Positions 11,809 to 25,050 of a stretch of DNA of 64,000 nt are shown piece by piece. A model generated the notes under the pieces. It saw only the letters and a list, made by a program, of their open reading frames with translations, searched no databases and had not been told where the DNA came from. The translations under genes were made by a program, and so were the position numbers. Where the stretch lies: the NCBI GenBank assembly GCA_051294375.1, contig CM119268.1:15983528-16047527 (forward strand), given 5' to 3'. Every line of letters begins with the position of its first letter. Within the stretch, counting starts at the first letter, position 1. This DNA is from Paraspadella gotoi (lineage: Eukaryota > Animalia > Chaetognatha).

Positions 11809-14800
11809 CCATACTTTCGGTTAACGATGACGCGCTTAACGACGACGTAAGAGACGTCATCGTCGTCGTCGTCGTCGTCGCGCCCGCCGTCAATTCCGCC
11901 GCGACGTTTGGCGTCAATCCGGGAGACGCGCAAACTCCGTTGCTTCCCGACAGCGGAATCAGTGACGTCAGAATTGACGTCATCTTTGACGTCAGAGAGA
12001 TTTTTCTCTGCGTCTCTTGTCGTCGCATCTGAGATTTTCTCCCTTTTCGATCTCTGGAAAAAAGGAAGTCATGAAAATGCAAGGCCGAGATTGTAAAAGG
12101 GAAAATACTCGAGTTTAATCGTATACGCAGACGGAAACCAAAAAAAAAATATATATTGTCTTGTTAGAATTGTACTTGGCTGTCGCCGTGTCAAGGCTCA
12201 GCATCAGCAAAGAACCAATTTCGTTTCGTGCTAGCGGAAAGTTCAATGTCGTAATTGTCGTCGTCGACTTTGTTGTTGTGGGAGGACGCGGTCGTCATCC
12301 GTTGCTGATTTTGCGTTATTTCGCATTGATAAAGTTTTGAACTATACTATACTATAGACTATACTATACTATCAAAAGTATTTGCGAAAAAAAAAAAAGA
12401 AATTAAAAAAAAAAAAGAATTAGCTGTCGTTAGAAAAATGTAAAGCCAAAACTGTTTCATGGATTTTTTTTGTTTATTTTTTGTTTTTGTTTTTGTTTTT
12501 TTTTAAATAAAATAACTCACCCCGATGTAAACGCCTCCCGCAGCAAAGGGAGCGACATCTGTTTCATTCAACATCGTCAACGGAATCGCGTTTTGATCCA
12601 GAGTGTCTTTTCTGATAAAAAAAAAACATTATTGAATATTGAATAATACACTTTATTGACGTACGTGACGGCCGCGAGGGACTGGGAGTCTCATTGTGGG
12701 TAATGAAGATAATGAAGATAATGAAGATAATGAAGAAGATAAAAAATAGGAAAATCTCTGTCTAAAACCAATTGTTTTTCATTTTCCCGCTAACCTTTTC
12801 GGAGTGGAATCTAAGCAAGTAATGTTCGTTTCCGGCGTTTTGGGCAAATCGTTTGTTTCCTCCGCGGGGATTCGTTGTCTCTTGTTGAATACCCTTAAAT
12901 TTGGTTTAAATCGTACGAAGTATTTTAAAATCATATTCATGACATAAAGGTGCCCTTAAAGACCTTTCCCAAGTATGTATCCCTATCAAAAAATACGATT
13001 CTACATGGTAGTCTTATCCCTATTGGTAAAAAAAAATCATATATAACTTTGATCCCCCCTCAAAAAATTATCCATTCCCACCCCTTTCTGTTCAGCCTAT
13101 TAGATATTATGATTTTTCATTTATGACTTTCTAACAGAAATGATGTGTGATATCTATTAGAAAACTAGGACAGATTGTAATCTAACCTTGTGTTGTATAG
13201 TTGTTCCCTATATTTCCAGAAGACAACACCGACTTCCCCTTCCCAAAATGAGTTATTAGAAATAATGATAAGTAAATTTTTTTTAAGAAAGCAATACATA
13301 TATAATTAAAGAATATAGATTAAATAGTAAATCCTTCATAAAATAGAAAAATAGAAAATAGTGAAACAAGTAATTTGCAAATTTTCATACAGTAAGTAGT
13401 AACCGTAATTTAAGACAAACAAACAACTTCAATCAGCGCTACTCCTCTACTTGCTCCAACCCCCCCACCTCACTTTGTCCTTAACCTGTCCTCACACCTC
13501 GATCACCCTCCAACCTGTTTTCACTGAATCTCCGACAGATGGGATTGCAAAATCCGTTGACTTTTTTCCTGAAGAGCGGATTGAAGATGTAACAGGGAAC
13601 GAAGTTGGTTGAGGAGTTGATGACGATCAAAATCATGCAAATCGTCTGGGGAAAAAAGGTAATTGGGGATGTTAAGGTATTTACTGCAGTTGTGAGCTAG
13701 TAATGTCATAAAATTTTATCGAAATTTCGTAAAAATGGAGAGCTAGACACACTAAGAGACTGTCATTGCAAAAATGTTTGTTAAATTTTTTTATTATTGT
13801 CAAAGGGAATCATAACAAAACACAACATAACATAACAAAACAACAACAACCCTCGACTTTCGCCAACCTTAAATTCGTCGTAATATTGAAATTCGAACCA
13901 CGAAGACGAAGAAGGCGGCGAGGTTGGCACCTTTTTCGCCGACTCCTTTCCCACGCCTCTTCCGCCACCGCCGACGCCGCCGCTACCTCCGCCACCGACG
14001 CCGCCCAAAATCTTCTCCGCCGTGGCGTTGACTCTGGCATTGGCGCCGACGCTGACGGTGGCGTTGACCAAAGACTGCGCAAGAGTCGAAGAGCGTGGCG
14101 ACACGAACGCCGGCGTCTCGATTCCGACTTTTCCCGCCACGCTACCGTCAACGCTGGCGTTGACCATCGGGATGTTCGGTGGGCGCGGGGTCGTGGCGTT
14201 GGCGACGACGCCGGGGATGTTCGGCACCGTCCCGGCGTCGCGGTAAAAATCGAAATAAAATTGTCGCGCGCAAGTGAAGCCGTCGCGAATGAGACGCGGC
14301 GTTTGACAGACGATGAAGACGATGATGACGACGAGGCAGACCCGCGTGGCGTTGCGTTGCGAGTTGTCGCGATCTTGGTGAGGGGGGAAGGTTAAAGGGT
14401 CAGGGCGGGTGGGCTATTTTCAATATCAGGCGAAAGACAAAACCGATTCCCGTTTCTCGACTGCGTCACCCTTTCGCTCCGATGCTCCTCTAAACTCACC
14501 CGTGACCGCCTTGCTCGTCTTGCGGAATTTGGCTTTGGATTCCTCGAGATTCCGAATGACTTGGACATTGAGGACGTTGATGAGGACGAAGGGGAAGATG
14601 AATTTGGCGAAAGTGTCGAGAGTGAAGGCGTAGATCCACCGATAAACCTGGCGACGGTCGATTCGAGGTGTAAGAAATACAATTCATTCTCGTAGTATAA
14701 ACCTGCATTTATCTCTTGACAAACACAAGTCATTCTTATTTTACGTAGAACTCGTGGATATTGAGGTCGAGAGTTCGATTCTAATCAGGTACCTTCGCTA

Positions 14801-16973
14801 CCTGAAGACGGCCACGAACACATATTTTATAGATTACCTACTCCCTAAGCCTAGTTTAAAGCTCAATTTTCTTCTTCATAGTCATTATTGCTGGCGAAAT
14901 AGATGAAGAAGGTCCATATGACGCCTGACCTCCCTATCTCACTTTCCCATACCTCATTTCAACCCAACTCCAAATGGCGCCTGACCTGCCCATCTCACTT
15001 TCCCATACCTCATTTCAATCCAACTCCCGGCCCAACCTTGGAAGTCGCGAGGTTGAAGGGATACTGCGGCATAAAGTCTACGTAAGAGTAGGCCGTGCGT
15101 TCGATGACCTCCGGGACGTTGATGCAGACCCGGAGCCCGAGCTCGAAGTAGCGCGGCACCGCAGCGAGAAGGCAGACGATCCCGCCGAAGAGTAGCACCT
15201 AGAGCGGTGTAGTGGATCGGTGCAAAGGGGCGGCGTGGACGTACGAGGGGCAAGGGGGTGGGTGGACGGGGTGAAGAAAGGTCAGTGTTGACAGCGAAGC
15301 GAAGAAAATTGACCAAGCGGAAAAAAAGAGGAAGGTTTTGTAAAGTTTTGTCGTTTTGGTAATTACGTCTCACAAGGAAATGGCAAAAGTGAGAAAGAGT
15401 AAAAAAGAGTGGCGCAAGTTTTGTGGTCGCAAAATGGAAATCAAAAATTCCAGATTTCGAATAGAGGATTCCGGATCTAGAAATAAAAAAAAACATTTTA
15501 AAATTTCCATTTCTCTCCAAAAACATGAATTCAATTTTTTTTCCAATTTTATTTGTAAGTAAACGTGAATTTTTCTTTTCCCCCTTTCTTATTCCAATGC
15601 TTTCATTCAATTTTGTAGGAATTCGTTTGCGATGCGAAATCCACGAATTTAAGACAAAGATGTAAAAAAGATAAAACCTTTCCTCAGATGCAACAGATGG
15701 AAGCAGTGAAAGCACGTGCTCAGGCGCACATTAAACAATGGCGGGCCATTATTATTTTTACTACGAGTACAACGTCAGAAGAAATAACCCTTAACTGACG
15801 AATAAGAGTTTTGTGAATGTTGTAAAAAATACGTTTCTTATTCAAAAATTTTTTTTTTGCATTTGAGAAAAAATTCAGGCCTAAGAAATCAGAGAAACCG
15901 AGACGCTTACTCGGAATCATATTGCATCACCAAATCGTAAACTTCGAGAATTCTCGATCTGATCCAAGTCTGAAATCAATTCACTCGCTCACGAACGATT
16001 TACTCTCTCACGTACGGGCCATTTCCGGTTGGGGTTTCAGGCGTCGTTCCGCGGCGCCTGATTGTGGCCTGGTCGGCGCCACCCGCATTTGGAAATCGCC
16101 CGAGGCGCGTGATCGGAAAACGCCCTTAGCAAAGGCACCTGAGTCCTCTTCTCGATGATGGGAATTTGATGTAGTGGGGTTTTTTTGGATGGAGAAGGGT
16201 TTTTTTTGATGGAGAAAGGGACTTTATGGAGGAGGGGATTTTAGATGGAGAAGAGGATTTTTGAGGGAGGAGGGGAATAGAGGAAAGTTAAGAGATTTTT
16301 GTGAAGGTAAGGTAGTGCGGGTGAGGTGGAGAAAAAGTCGGTGATGATGGCAAAGTCGGTTTGGAACAAGTGAAGCGAATTGAGAAGAGAAAGACGCGCA
16401 AACAACTGAAGTAAAAAGAAAGAAGAAAAAAAAAAAAAGAATCGGGAAAGAAGAGAGAGAGTCACGAAAATTTAGAGTTCATATAAAGTAAGAGAATATG
16501 GGGAAAGAAAAACAAGAAGAAAAGGCGGTGAAAGAGAAATAATAAGGCATCGATATATTGAGAAAATGGAATTATGTCACATTTAGGAAAAGGAATCGAA
16601 TATAGCGGAAAAGAATAGAAGAAAAAGAATATGTATGTATGAAGACCAAACAAAACATGGAAACTCAACAAAAATAGTGAGACCGAAAGGAAAAACTGGA
16701 AAATAAAAAGAAAGGAGAGAAGGAGGGTAAAAAGAAAAGGAACTAGAAGGAAAAAGGAAAGGGATTGGACGAAGGAGGAGGAGATGGAGAAAGAGATGGA
16801 GAAGGAGATGGAGAAAGAGATGGAGATGGAGAAGGAGATGGAGATTGTGCGAAGCAAAGAAAATAATATGACGAAAAGGAGGAAGAAAAGGGCGAGTCGG
16901 CGGGAGGATTAAACGAGGCGTTAAAACGAGTCAAGAATTTCGATCGGAGGTTTGGGAGAGAGAGAGAGAAAGA

Positions 16974-17052
<79 letters not shown>

Positions 17053-20000
17053 AGAATTGAAGATAGAGAGCGAATGAGTAAGAGAGGCTGAGAGTGAGTG
17101 AAAACGAGAGAGCCACAGGAACAAAAAAGCTTAATATCGCGAGAAAGTCAGGAGACGAGAACGAAGGAGAGGGAGTCGAGAGCGAATAAGGCGTGCAGTC
17201 TGTCTCTACCTTCAAGCGGTGCCAGCGGGAACATCCTTTCGGATGGCAAAAGAGACGGGAGGCTCGAGCAAACAAGGAGAAGGTAATCCTGATCTGTTTC
17301 TTGAGTCACGGAGTGGGCTGGGCCCAGCCGACCTGGTTACTAAAGCGTAGTAAAAATTCTAAATTTAACTTTAATTAAAATTCTAAAAGTCAAGAACTAA
17401 CAACATTATACCAAAGAACATTTATGTATAAAAAAAAAATTTTATACTTTACAATTTACGCAGTTGACCTTATTTATACATAGTACTAATCTAATAAATG
17501 TTAAAATTTCAAAATATTTTTTTTCAAATATCCGAAAAACCTATCATTTAAGCTGAAAATTAAAATTTTATATGTTAAATATAGTATTTTTAATTTTTAA
17601 CCCACTGAATGAAAGAATTTTTAAAACTGATTTTTATTTTATTTTGTTAACTTTTGACGAGGAAATAAATTGCAATTGTGGAAGACGATGCCGCGAGCAG
17701 TTTACCGTCCGTGCACACAGGTCCCGAACTTCGGATCGGGCTGTAGTCCGACACTACAGGTGGGTTAGACGCCCCGTCCCGCTTTTTACTTGTGTGAATC
17801 AGCAGGGCGCGAACCCGAGTCCTTTGGGTTGGGAGGAGCTCGTGCTACTCCGTGGCCATAGGTGCTGCTGATTCTCGGACGAGTAGTGGGGTATGAAATA
17901 CTACCACTACACAATCCAAATTAAGAAAAGCCTTTTATAAGGTAAAATAAATTTTTTTTACAAATTAATGTTCACTGAAGGTTTGTTGTTCATAATTGAC
18001 TTTTAGAATTTTCGTACGTAACTTTCACTACGCTCTACTGGTCACCTCCCTCTCTTCCTCCCCTCCCCACTCCCCACTCCCCACTCCCCTCTCTTCCTCT
18101 ATCTTTCCCCACCCTTTTTAAAAAAAAACATTCTGGCAGCAGCCTCTCAAGGCATTGCTGTCTGCCACCTCAGACAGCTTTTAGAGTCAAGATAGCGAAT
18201 AAGAGTTCCGAAGTTACTTAAAAGTACTCACGATCTGATATGGATCCATGACAACCTTGCTTTGGCTTATGACGCAACGTGTTAAAACGACTGCTAAGTA
18301 AGCTTTTATGATATTTAGTTTTCTTTTTCCCGCGATTGTGTTGATATAAAAACTAAGTAAGAAATGTTATCTTTTTTTTTTCAGGAACGAAAATGACGTT
18401 CCATAAAACCGGATAAATTCGAGACTCGAGACGAAGAAAAAAAAAGACGTTTGAGACATTTTTACGTGATGTATTATGGATTATGTGGATTATTTGGATT
18501 ATGTGGATTATGTGGATTATATGGATTATTTGGATTATGTGGATTATTTGGATTTTTTTCAATTTTTCAATGTAATTGTCACTTACCATTGTTTTTTTGG
18601 TATAATATTTAATTTTATTTTTATTACTCTTATTCTAATAATAATTATTATTATTCTTATTCTAATAATAATATTCATTATGTTATTTTGATTTTTTATA
18701 ATTTGAATTAATTATAGATTCATAAGATAATTAATAAAATTATTCTATAAAATGCTTTATAAATAAAAATCTAAAAAATTATTTAAAATAAATTGATGGA
18801 TGTAGAGAAAGAACAACGAAATGACATAAAATTCAGCTCCTTGTATTTTGATGCTGGGCGGAGTACAATATAATACTATATAATATAAGGCAGTGGTCTT
18901 TTCATACAATTGAAACATTTTTTGAAACATTCTTTGAAACAATATACTACTTCATTGATAAGGAAGCCAGGTACTCTGGGAGTGAATAAACGAGAGTCTT
19001 GATTGAAAGCTTGCAGGGACTTGCTAGGTCATTATCTTGTAGGAGTGATGGAGGACTTAAACCACCAAAGTCAGGGGCAAGATAGCTTATTTATTAAAGG
19101 AATGAATACTTTTTATATTGGTTGTACCAATTTCATAGGGTCGCGGCGCGCGACTAAAAAGGCGAGGCGAAGAATTCCGACAAAAACCGTTAAAATGCCG
19201 ATGCTGCAGCTGAGGTCGAAATCCAGTGAAGACTTTCACTCTAATCCTTTATACCGAACTGGTTGGAAACCGTGAACAGTTATCAGTGAATAACAGTGAA
19301 TAACAGTGGATCATACTCGTGAAAATAAACTAAAAAAGGGCTAAAAATCGTTCTAAAAGAAAACCACTACCTTTGTTTTTGTTTGTTTGAACTTTGACCG
19401 ATAATTAAGGGGAGGACCATCATCACACCACCCGAGGGATTCAAGGTTTAAGGCGCAGTTTCTTTTTCCATTTTCTTTTAATTAGCTGTCGCGAAACTTA
19501 CCTTGGTGGTTCGAGCCACGGTGCACATTACATGGAAGTAGTGAGGCTTACAGACGGCCACGTATCTGTAAACAAATAAACAGGGAATAAAATTAAGAAA
19601 AATAAGTAAATAAAATAGCGCGGCAAATCCTAAGAAAATTACAAGTGGCATCCCTTAAAAGGTTCCAAACCTCTCGATCCCGATGTAAACGATGATCCAG
19701 ATGTTGGCCGTTTGATTTGCGTGATGCAACATGTAGATGAAGTTAAAAGTCGCGGGATAAACGAAGGAGACAAAGTTGCTGATGCGAATGTATTGGATCA
19801 CGCTGGGAAGTACGAACAGGAAACCTGGGGTAGAGAGAACCTGTTACATTCGACATTCTGCTCAATCTTTAAATTCTCGCTTTCCTTTCACGATTTTCCT
19901 TTTTGGAAGGGAGACCGTTTTTGGCAGATACTCGGAGTATCGCTTCGTTAAGTGATACGAAATTGGGGAAGCAGACCGGATGTCAAGTGACAACCAGTCA

Positions 20001-20393
20001 TCTTTTTCAAAGCTTTTAAAAGTTTTGGTTAAAAATATTATCAATATACGTGCAAGACCGACGTTGCCAAAAAAAACCCAAAAAAAACACAAACAGAGAA
20101 AAAGATAGCAAATTCAAATTTTCCCGCCAATTTCCTTCTTCTTCCGCCGCATAAACCCGGAAAAAGATTACAGTAAACTCGTTTCCGTCCAATTCTTCCA
20201 ATTTCCTTTCCCCATTTTCTCTCCATTTTGACTTCTTCCTCCTCCTCAAAAAAAAAAAGAAAAAAAAAGAAAAAAAAAGAAAAAAAGGAGGAAAAAGGCT
20301 GGGCCTCTTTTTTTGCTCCGGCAACGCCCCGGTACCGAAGTCGGCCGCTTGTCGCTGGCTGCGGTTCCATCAATTTTCTTTAATCTCTCTCTT

Positions 20394-20480
<87 letters not shown>

Positions 20481-21295
20481 ACGGCATCAATTTCCGATCG
20501 CGGGCGCTAAGAATCCTTCGAAAATGGAAGAAATTTGGGGGGATTTTACTGTGAGGGTCGCTCCTGTTGTGAAAGAAACTGCAGGGAAGTTGAGACTTCA
20601 AAATCAGTCATAATAGAAACCTAACAACCCACCCACTCTCACTTTATCAAAATTTTTAAAACTCAGTACAAATAAAAAACCAAAATATAACCAATTAACC
20701 ACCTTTAAACATAACTAACACATATATTTTATATACAAAATAACGAATTTTCTCCAAAACAAAAACAGAGACAAAAAATAGAAGGCGTTGCCCGAAAGAC
20801 GCTTCCTCTTGCCAACACATCCATCGCCATGCCGCTCTAACGCGTCAGGCGACGTCGCCCGAGACAAATATTTACCGCAACCCCGCGTCTAGAATAACTC
20901 TTTCTCCTTTAAACTGAATGACAACCACAACAACAAAAAAACAGAAAAGGAAAAAAAGTTACATTTCTCTTCGGTTTCTTATATATTCCTTCAGGGCCAA
21001 GAATCTTGACAGATGTTTTTAATGCTTCTTCCAACTTAAACAACCATTTCGTATTACGTGATATTAATTTTTTAATTATTTTGCTTTGTTTCGTCCGTTT
21101 ATTTATTTTTTTTAATCTTAAGTCTGGTCTAATTAATTTCACGGTCGTTTGGTTCCCTCGTTTCGATTTAACGGTCATTTCCGCCCGAATTGTTCTTCTG
21201 TTTAGTTGTTTATTTTTGTTTTTTGTTTGTCGTAAAAGGAGACGACTTAAGGTTGCGATAATTTCTCTTATTTATTTATTTATTTTTTTTATCTC

Positions 21296-21383
<88 letters not shown>

Positions 21384-21478
21384 TTTTCTTTCTTTCTTTC
21401 CTTTTTTGTCTTTTTGTTTCTTTTTTTCTTTCTTTAATCCTCTATTAATTTCGATTTCTCTCTCTTTTTCCTTTCTTA

Positions 21479-21536
<58 letters not shown>

Positions 21537-21539
21537 TTT

Positions 21540-21594
<55 letters not shown>

Positions 21595-21596
21595 TT

Positions 21597-21644
<48 letters not shown>

Positions 21645-22674
21645 TATTTATTTATTTATTTCTCTCGACTTTTACCGATGGAAAATAAACATATGAGATC
21701 CGTGACTGCCAGCGCCATCAAGTTGAGCATTGACGACGTCTTTTGTTTGAATTTTGAGAAGACGACGAGGAGTATGACGTTGCCCAAAACGCCGAAAGCG
21801 GACAAGATGGCGCCGACGACTCCGCCGACCCAAAACTTAAAGTCGTTCCGCTCCGCGCAAATATAGCTGGAAAAATTATTTGTTGGGGCCGGTAAGATGA
21901 TTGATTGATTGATGGATGGATGGATGGAAGGATGGATGGATTTATGGTTGTATGGATGCAAGGATGGATGGAAAAATGGATGGATGGATGGATGAATGGT
22001 TGTATGGATGGATGAATGGATGGCTGTATGGATGGATGGATGGATGGATGGATGGATGGATGGATGGATGGATGGAAGGATGGAAGGATGGATGGTGGAT
22101 GGATGGATGGATGGATGGATGGTAGGATGGAAGGATGGATGGTTGTATGGATGGTAGGATGGAAGGAGGGATGGTTGTATGGATGGATGGGTGGATGTAT
22201 GGATGGAAGGATAAACGAATAAACGAATTAGAAATAAATAAATGAATAGATGGATGCAAGTCTTGATAATTAAAAAGATGAGCGAATGATTGAGTAAAAC
22301 AATAAATGGATGTAAAATAAATATATTTATGATTTTAATGGAAGTCAGTTGATTGATAAGTGTGAGAAAAGAGAGAAAGCTGGAATAAAAAAGAAAAAAA
22401 AACAAGAAAAAAACAAAAAAAAAACAAAAAGACAAGCAGAAAAGAAAAGAAAAGGAAAGAGAGGAAAAGGGGTCGCGAAAGGTGTTGGCGCGAAGAATAA
22501 AAGAGGGAAACGTCCTTCTGTTTTATTGCGGACGAACCAAGCGTTTGGGCCTTTATTTAGATTTTCCCTTTTGAATTATTTATATAACGATCACATTTAG
22601 AAATCTCTATGGCTCATACGTTTCTCTTTCCAAGAGTGGGTTATCGAGAAAAGAAGAAAAAAAAAAGGATAAAA

Positions 22675-22725
<51 letters not shown>

Positions 22726-23412
22726 ATATTGTTCACCTGTTTCTGTCGCGAATGCATCGATCGAGGACCAGGAATTGGGTTGCGTTGGTGCCTCTCGGAA
22801 TTAATTCCATTTCGCAGAAGTACATGGACGAGATTTTGCAGAAAACTGTGACGTACAAAACAACGTAAAGAATTGTAAATATTTTTTTCCGGGTGTAAAC
22901 GATTTCTCATTTTGCAAGTTGGAAGGTTTTTTTTGTAATAGAGGGCTGAAATATCAGGGCATCTTAATATTTACCATTAAAGCTTCCGAAACTGTCACTA
23001 GTGCCGTCACGTTTTAGCCATTGAATTATCATTATTGTCATCAAAGCGAGATTCCTGACTTTTTTTTTATTCGAAACATTTTAAAAGATGAGATTAAAAT
23101 CAAAAATAAAATTGTTTACTAATAGTCGAAACGATTTGATCACTCGTATAATATTTTTTTAAATAATTCTCGCCCGCTATTAAAAACTGACTCCTGCGTT
23201 CGTAGTCGCTAGGCGACAAGATCGCCGCTTTCTTGTTTACCGAGGTCATTGTCGTTGTTGACGGCCCCTGCTGCTGCCGCCGACGCCGACGCTGCCACCG
23301 TCGACAACGTGGACGCCACAGTTGCCGCAGCCGACGCCACTGCCGACGCGGCTGCCGACGCCGCTGCCGACGCCGCTGCCGAGGCAGAGCTTTCATTAGA
23401 AGCGAAGACCAT
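10872..23412 (-). CDS. Class A (rhodopsin-family) neuropeptide GPCR, FMRFamide-receptor-like, ~898 aa, 13 exons: 23412-23241, 22845-22737, 21866-21676, 19824-19671, 19565-19502, 15198-15037, 14647-14500, 14373-13868, 13645-13515, 12893-12795, 12611-12521, 12053-11815, 11502-10872
   Basis: TM1 '[13 protein letters not shown]', TM2 'LMALAVTDL', TM3 '[22 protein letters not shown]', TM4 'AAVPRYFEL', TM5 '[12 protein letters not shown]', TM6 '[14 protein letters not shown]', TM7 '[18 protein letters not shown]'. All 12 GT-AG introns are phase-compatible and the total is 2697 nt. The C-tail exons rest on phase and GC content only. Confidence 0.88.
14922..15029. repeat. ~56-bp tandem duplication next to a GPCR splice donor
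   Basis: cgcctgacct..c(t/c)atctcactttcccatacctcatttcaa(c/t)ccaactcc occurs twice. Confidence 0.8.
17230..18200 (+). repeat. Dispersed ~290-bp repeat, here split in two (17230-17340 and 18038-18200) by a nested insertion
   Basis: The left half matches 36198-36318 (catcctttcggatggcaaaagagacgggaggctcgagcaaa). The right half matches 36311-36490 (aacattctggcagcagcctctc). Confidence 0.8.
17341..18037. mobile_element. hAT-like non-autonomous DNA transposon (697 bp)
   Basis: Imperfect TIRs TAAAGCGTAGTAAAAATT and TAGAGCGTAGTGAAAGTT (YARNG start) share a subterminal aaaattctaaaagtcaa. The 8-bp TSD is ctggttac (17333-17340) / ctggtcac (18038-18045). A single ctggtcac marks the empty site at 36311-36318. 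Confidence 0.82.
18476..18555. repeat. 9-bp minisatellite (GGATTAT[G/T/A]T)n
   Basis: Directly visible. Confidence 0.85.
18740..19137 (-). repeat. Dispersed monomer of the ~330-bp satellite unit plus an AT-rich extension
   Basis: Reverse complement of the units at 53760-55030. The extension also appears in the degraded copy at ~31640-32100. Confidence 0.8.
21290..21660. repeat. (TTTC)n/(TTTA)n microsatellite block
   Basis: Directly visible. Confidence 0.9.
21900..22212. repeat. Degenerate (GGAT)n microsatellite
   Basis: Directly visible; it explains the spurious HPSI/MDGW ORFs. Confidence 0.9.
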
Positions 23413-23477
23413 CTTTGCTTCCGGCGTCCGTGGCTCCCTGGAAAGTGAGATTGAATTTACGCTGGTGTGTGTATGAG

Positions 23478-23603
<126 letters not shown>

Positions 23604-24147
23604 AATCATTTGCTCCATTTCACTGGCCTTCGGATTTCGCATCCTTCTTTGTTCTCACTATTCCCCGACGACGAATCACTGGAAGTAAAGAATTTTCAAC
23701 GTCGTCGCAAAGGCAGTTGAGTTAACATTAATGCTACGCCCTGATTTGGAGTATTGTTCATCACATAATTGAACCCACAGAACTGGGAAAACGCTTCGTA
23801 TACTCAAGAGGGCAGCGATTTTATAACACAGCTAAGAATGATTTTGCCGCTTTAATGTTGCCCTGACTGTGATAATTCACTTAGTGTATATTCAGAATAA
23901 AAGACTTCATAAATCGCTAGAAAGTTTAGACGTTTCAGTTTTTTCTAAAAGTTTTTTTTTCTCGGAGATGTTAGAATTGAAAAAACAAGCTTAATGTCAG
24001 CTACAGTTACCTTTTTCTTTTTTTCTCCTTCTCACTTTGCGATCACAATCGATCCACTGGGTTTGTTCTTAGCTCCTCGCCACGGCAGGAAAGTTTATTA
24101 CGACATCATTTGCCGCCGATGAGGCCTTGAAACAAAATGAATTTTGC

Positions 24148-24210
<63 letters not shown>

Positions 24211-24582
24211 CTCTTTTTTTCGCAATTATCTTTTTCACGCCTCGCCGGAATTGGCTATCAGCGATTTTATCGTTTACGTGTAACGACTTCACTTACAAGT
24301 TTATCGCCTCAAAGAGTTTTGGATGGGACGACGTTTAACGAGAAACGACATATGCGAAAACAAAGACCAATACTTGTCAAATTGTCACTAGTAATTTTAT
24401 GACAGTCCATCGAATTCCTCTCGTTGTGTCACGTTTTCTCACGTTACAATGTAACATCGTAATTATATTTTGCTAAATTGTTTCATTAGAGTCATTTCCA
24501 TTTGAATTTGAACTGTGGAATGAAAGAGTGTAATGTCTTCCTGCCTCTACTCTCTTTCGTCTCGCCTCTTCCTTTCTCTCTT

Positions 24583-24677
<95 letters not shown>

Positions 24678-24926
24678 CTCTTTCTATCTCCTCTATCAAG
24701 GCAGCAAGATGGCAGCCAAGGTTTCGAATAAGTGAATATGTAAGACATCTGTTGCAAATAATTTGCCAATGAAATAGGGCGTAATTAAAATTGATCGGCC
24801 AAGTAACTAAACTATAAAATTTAAACAATAAATGACTATTTATACTTAACTAACTTAACTAAAATTGGTAGAGGGATGTTGCTAAAATTAAAATTTATTT
24901 CATAAATTGACCGCGAATTCGAGGTT

Positions 24927-25050
<124 letters not shown>

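Noticed and set aside
13766-14395. 209-aa plus-strand ORF, and similar ORFs at 11011-11463 and 49267-49644
   Set aside because: Antisense shadows of GC-rich minus-strand exons
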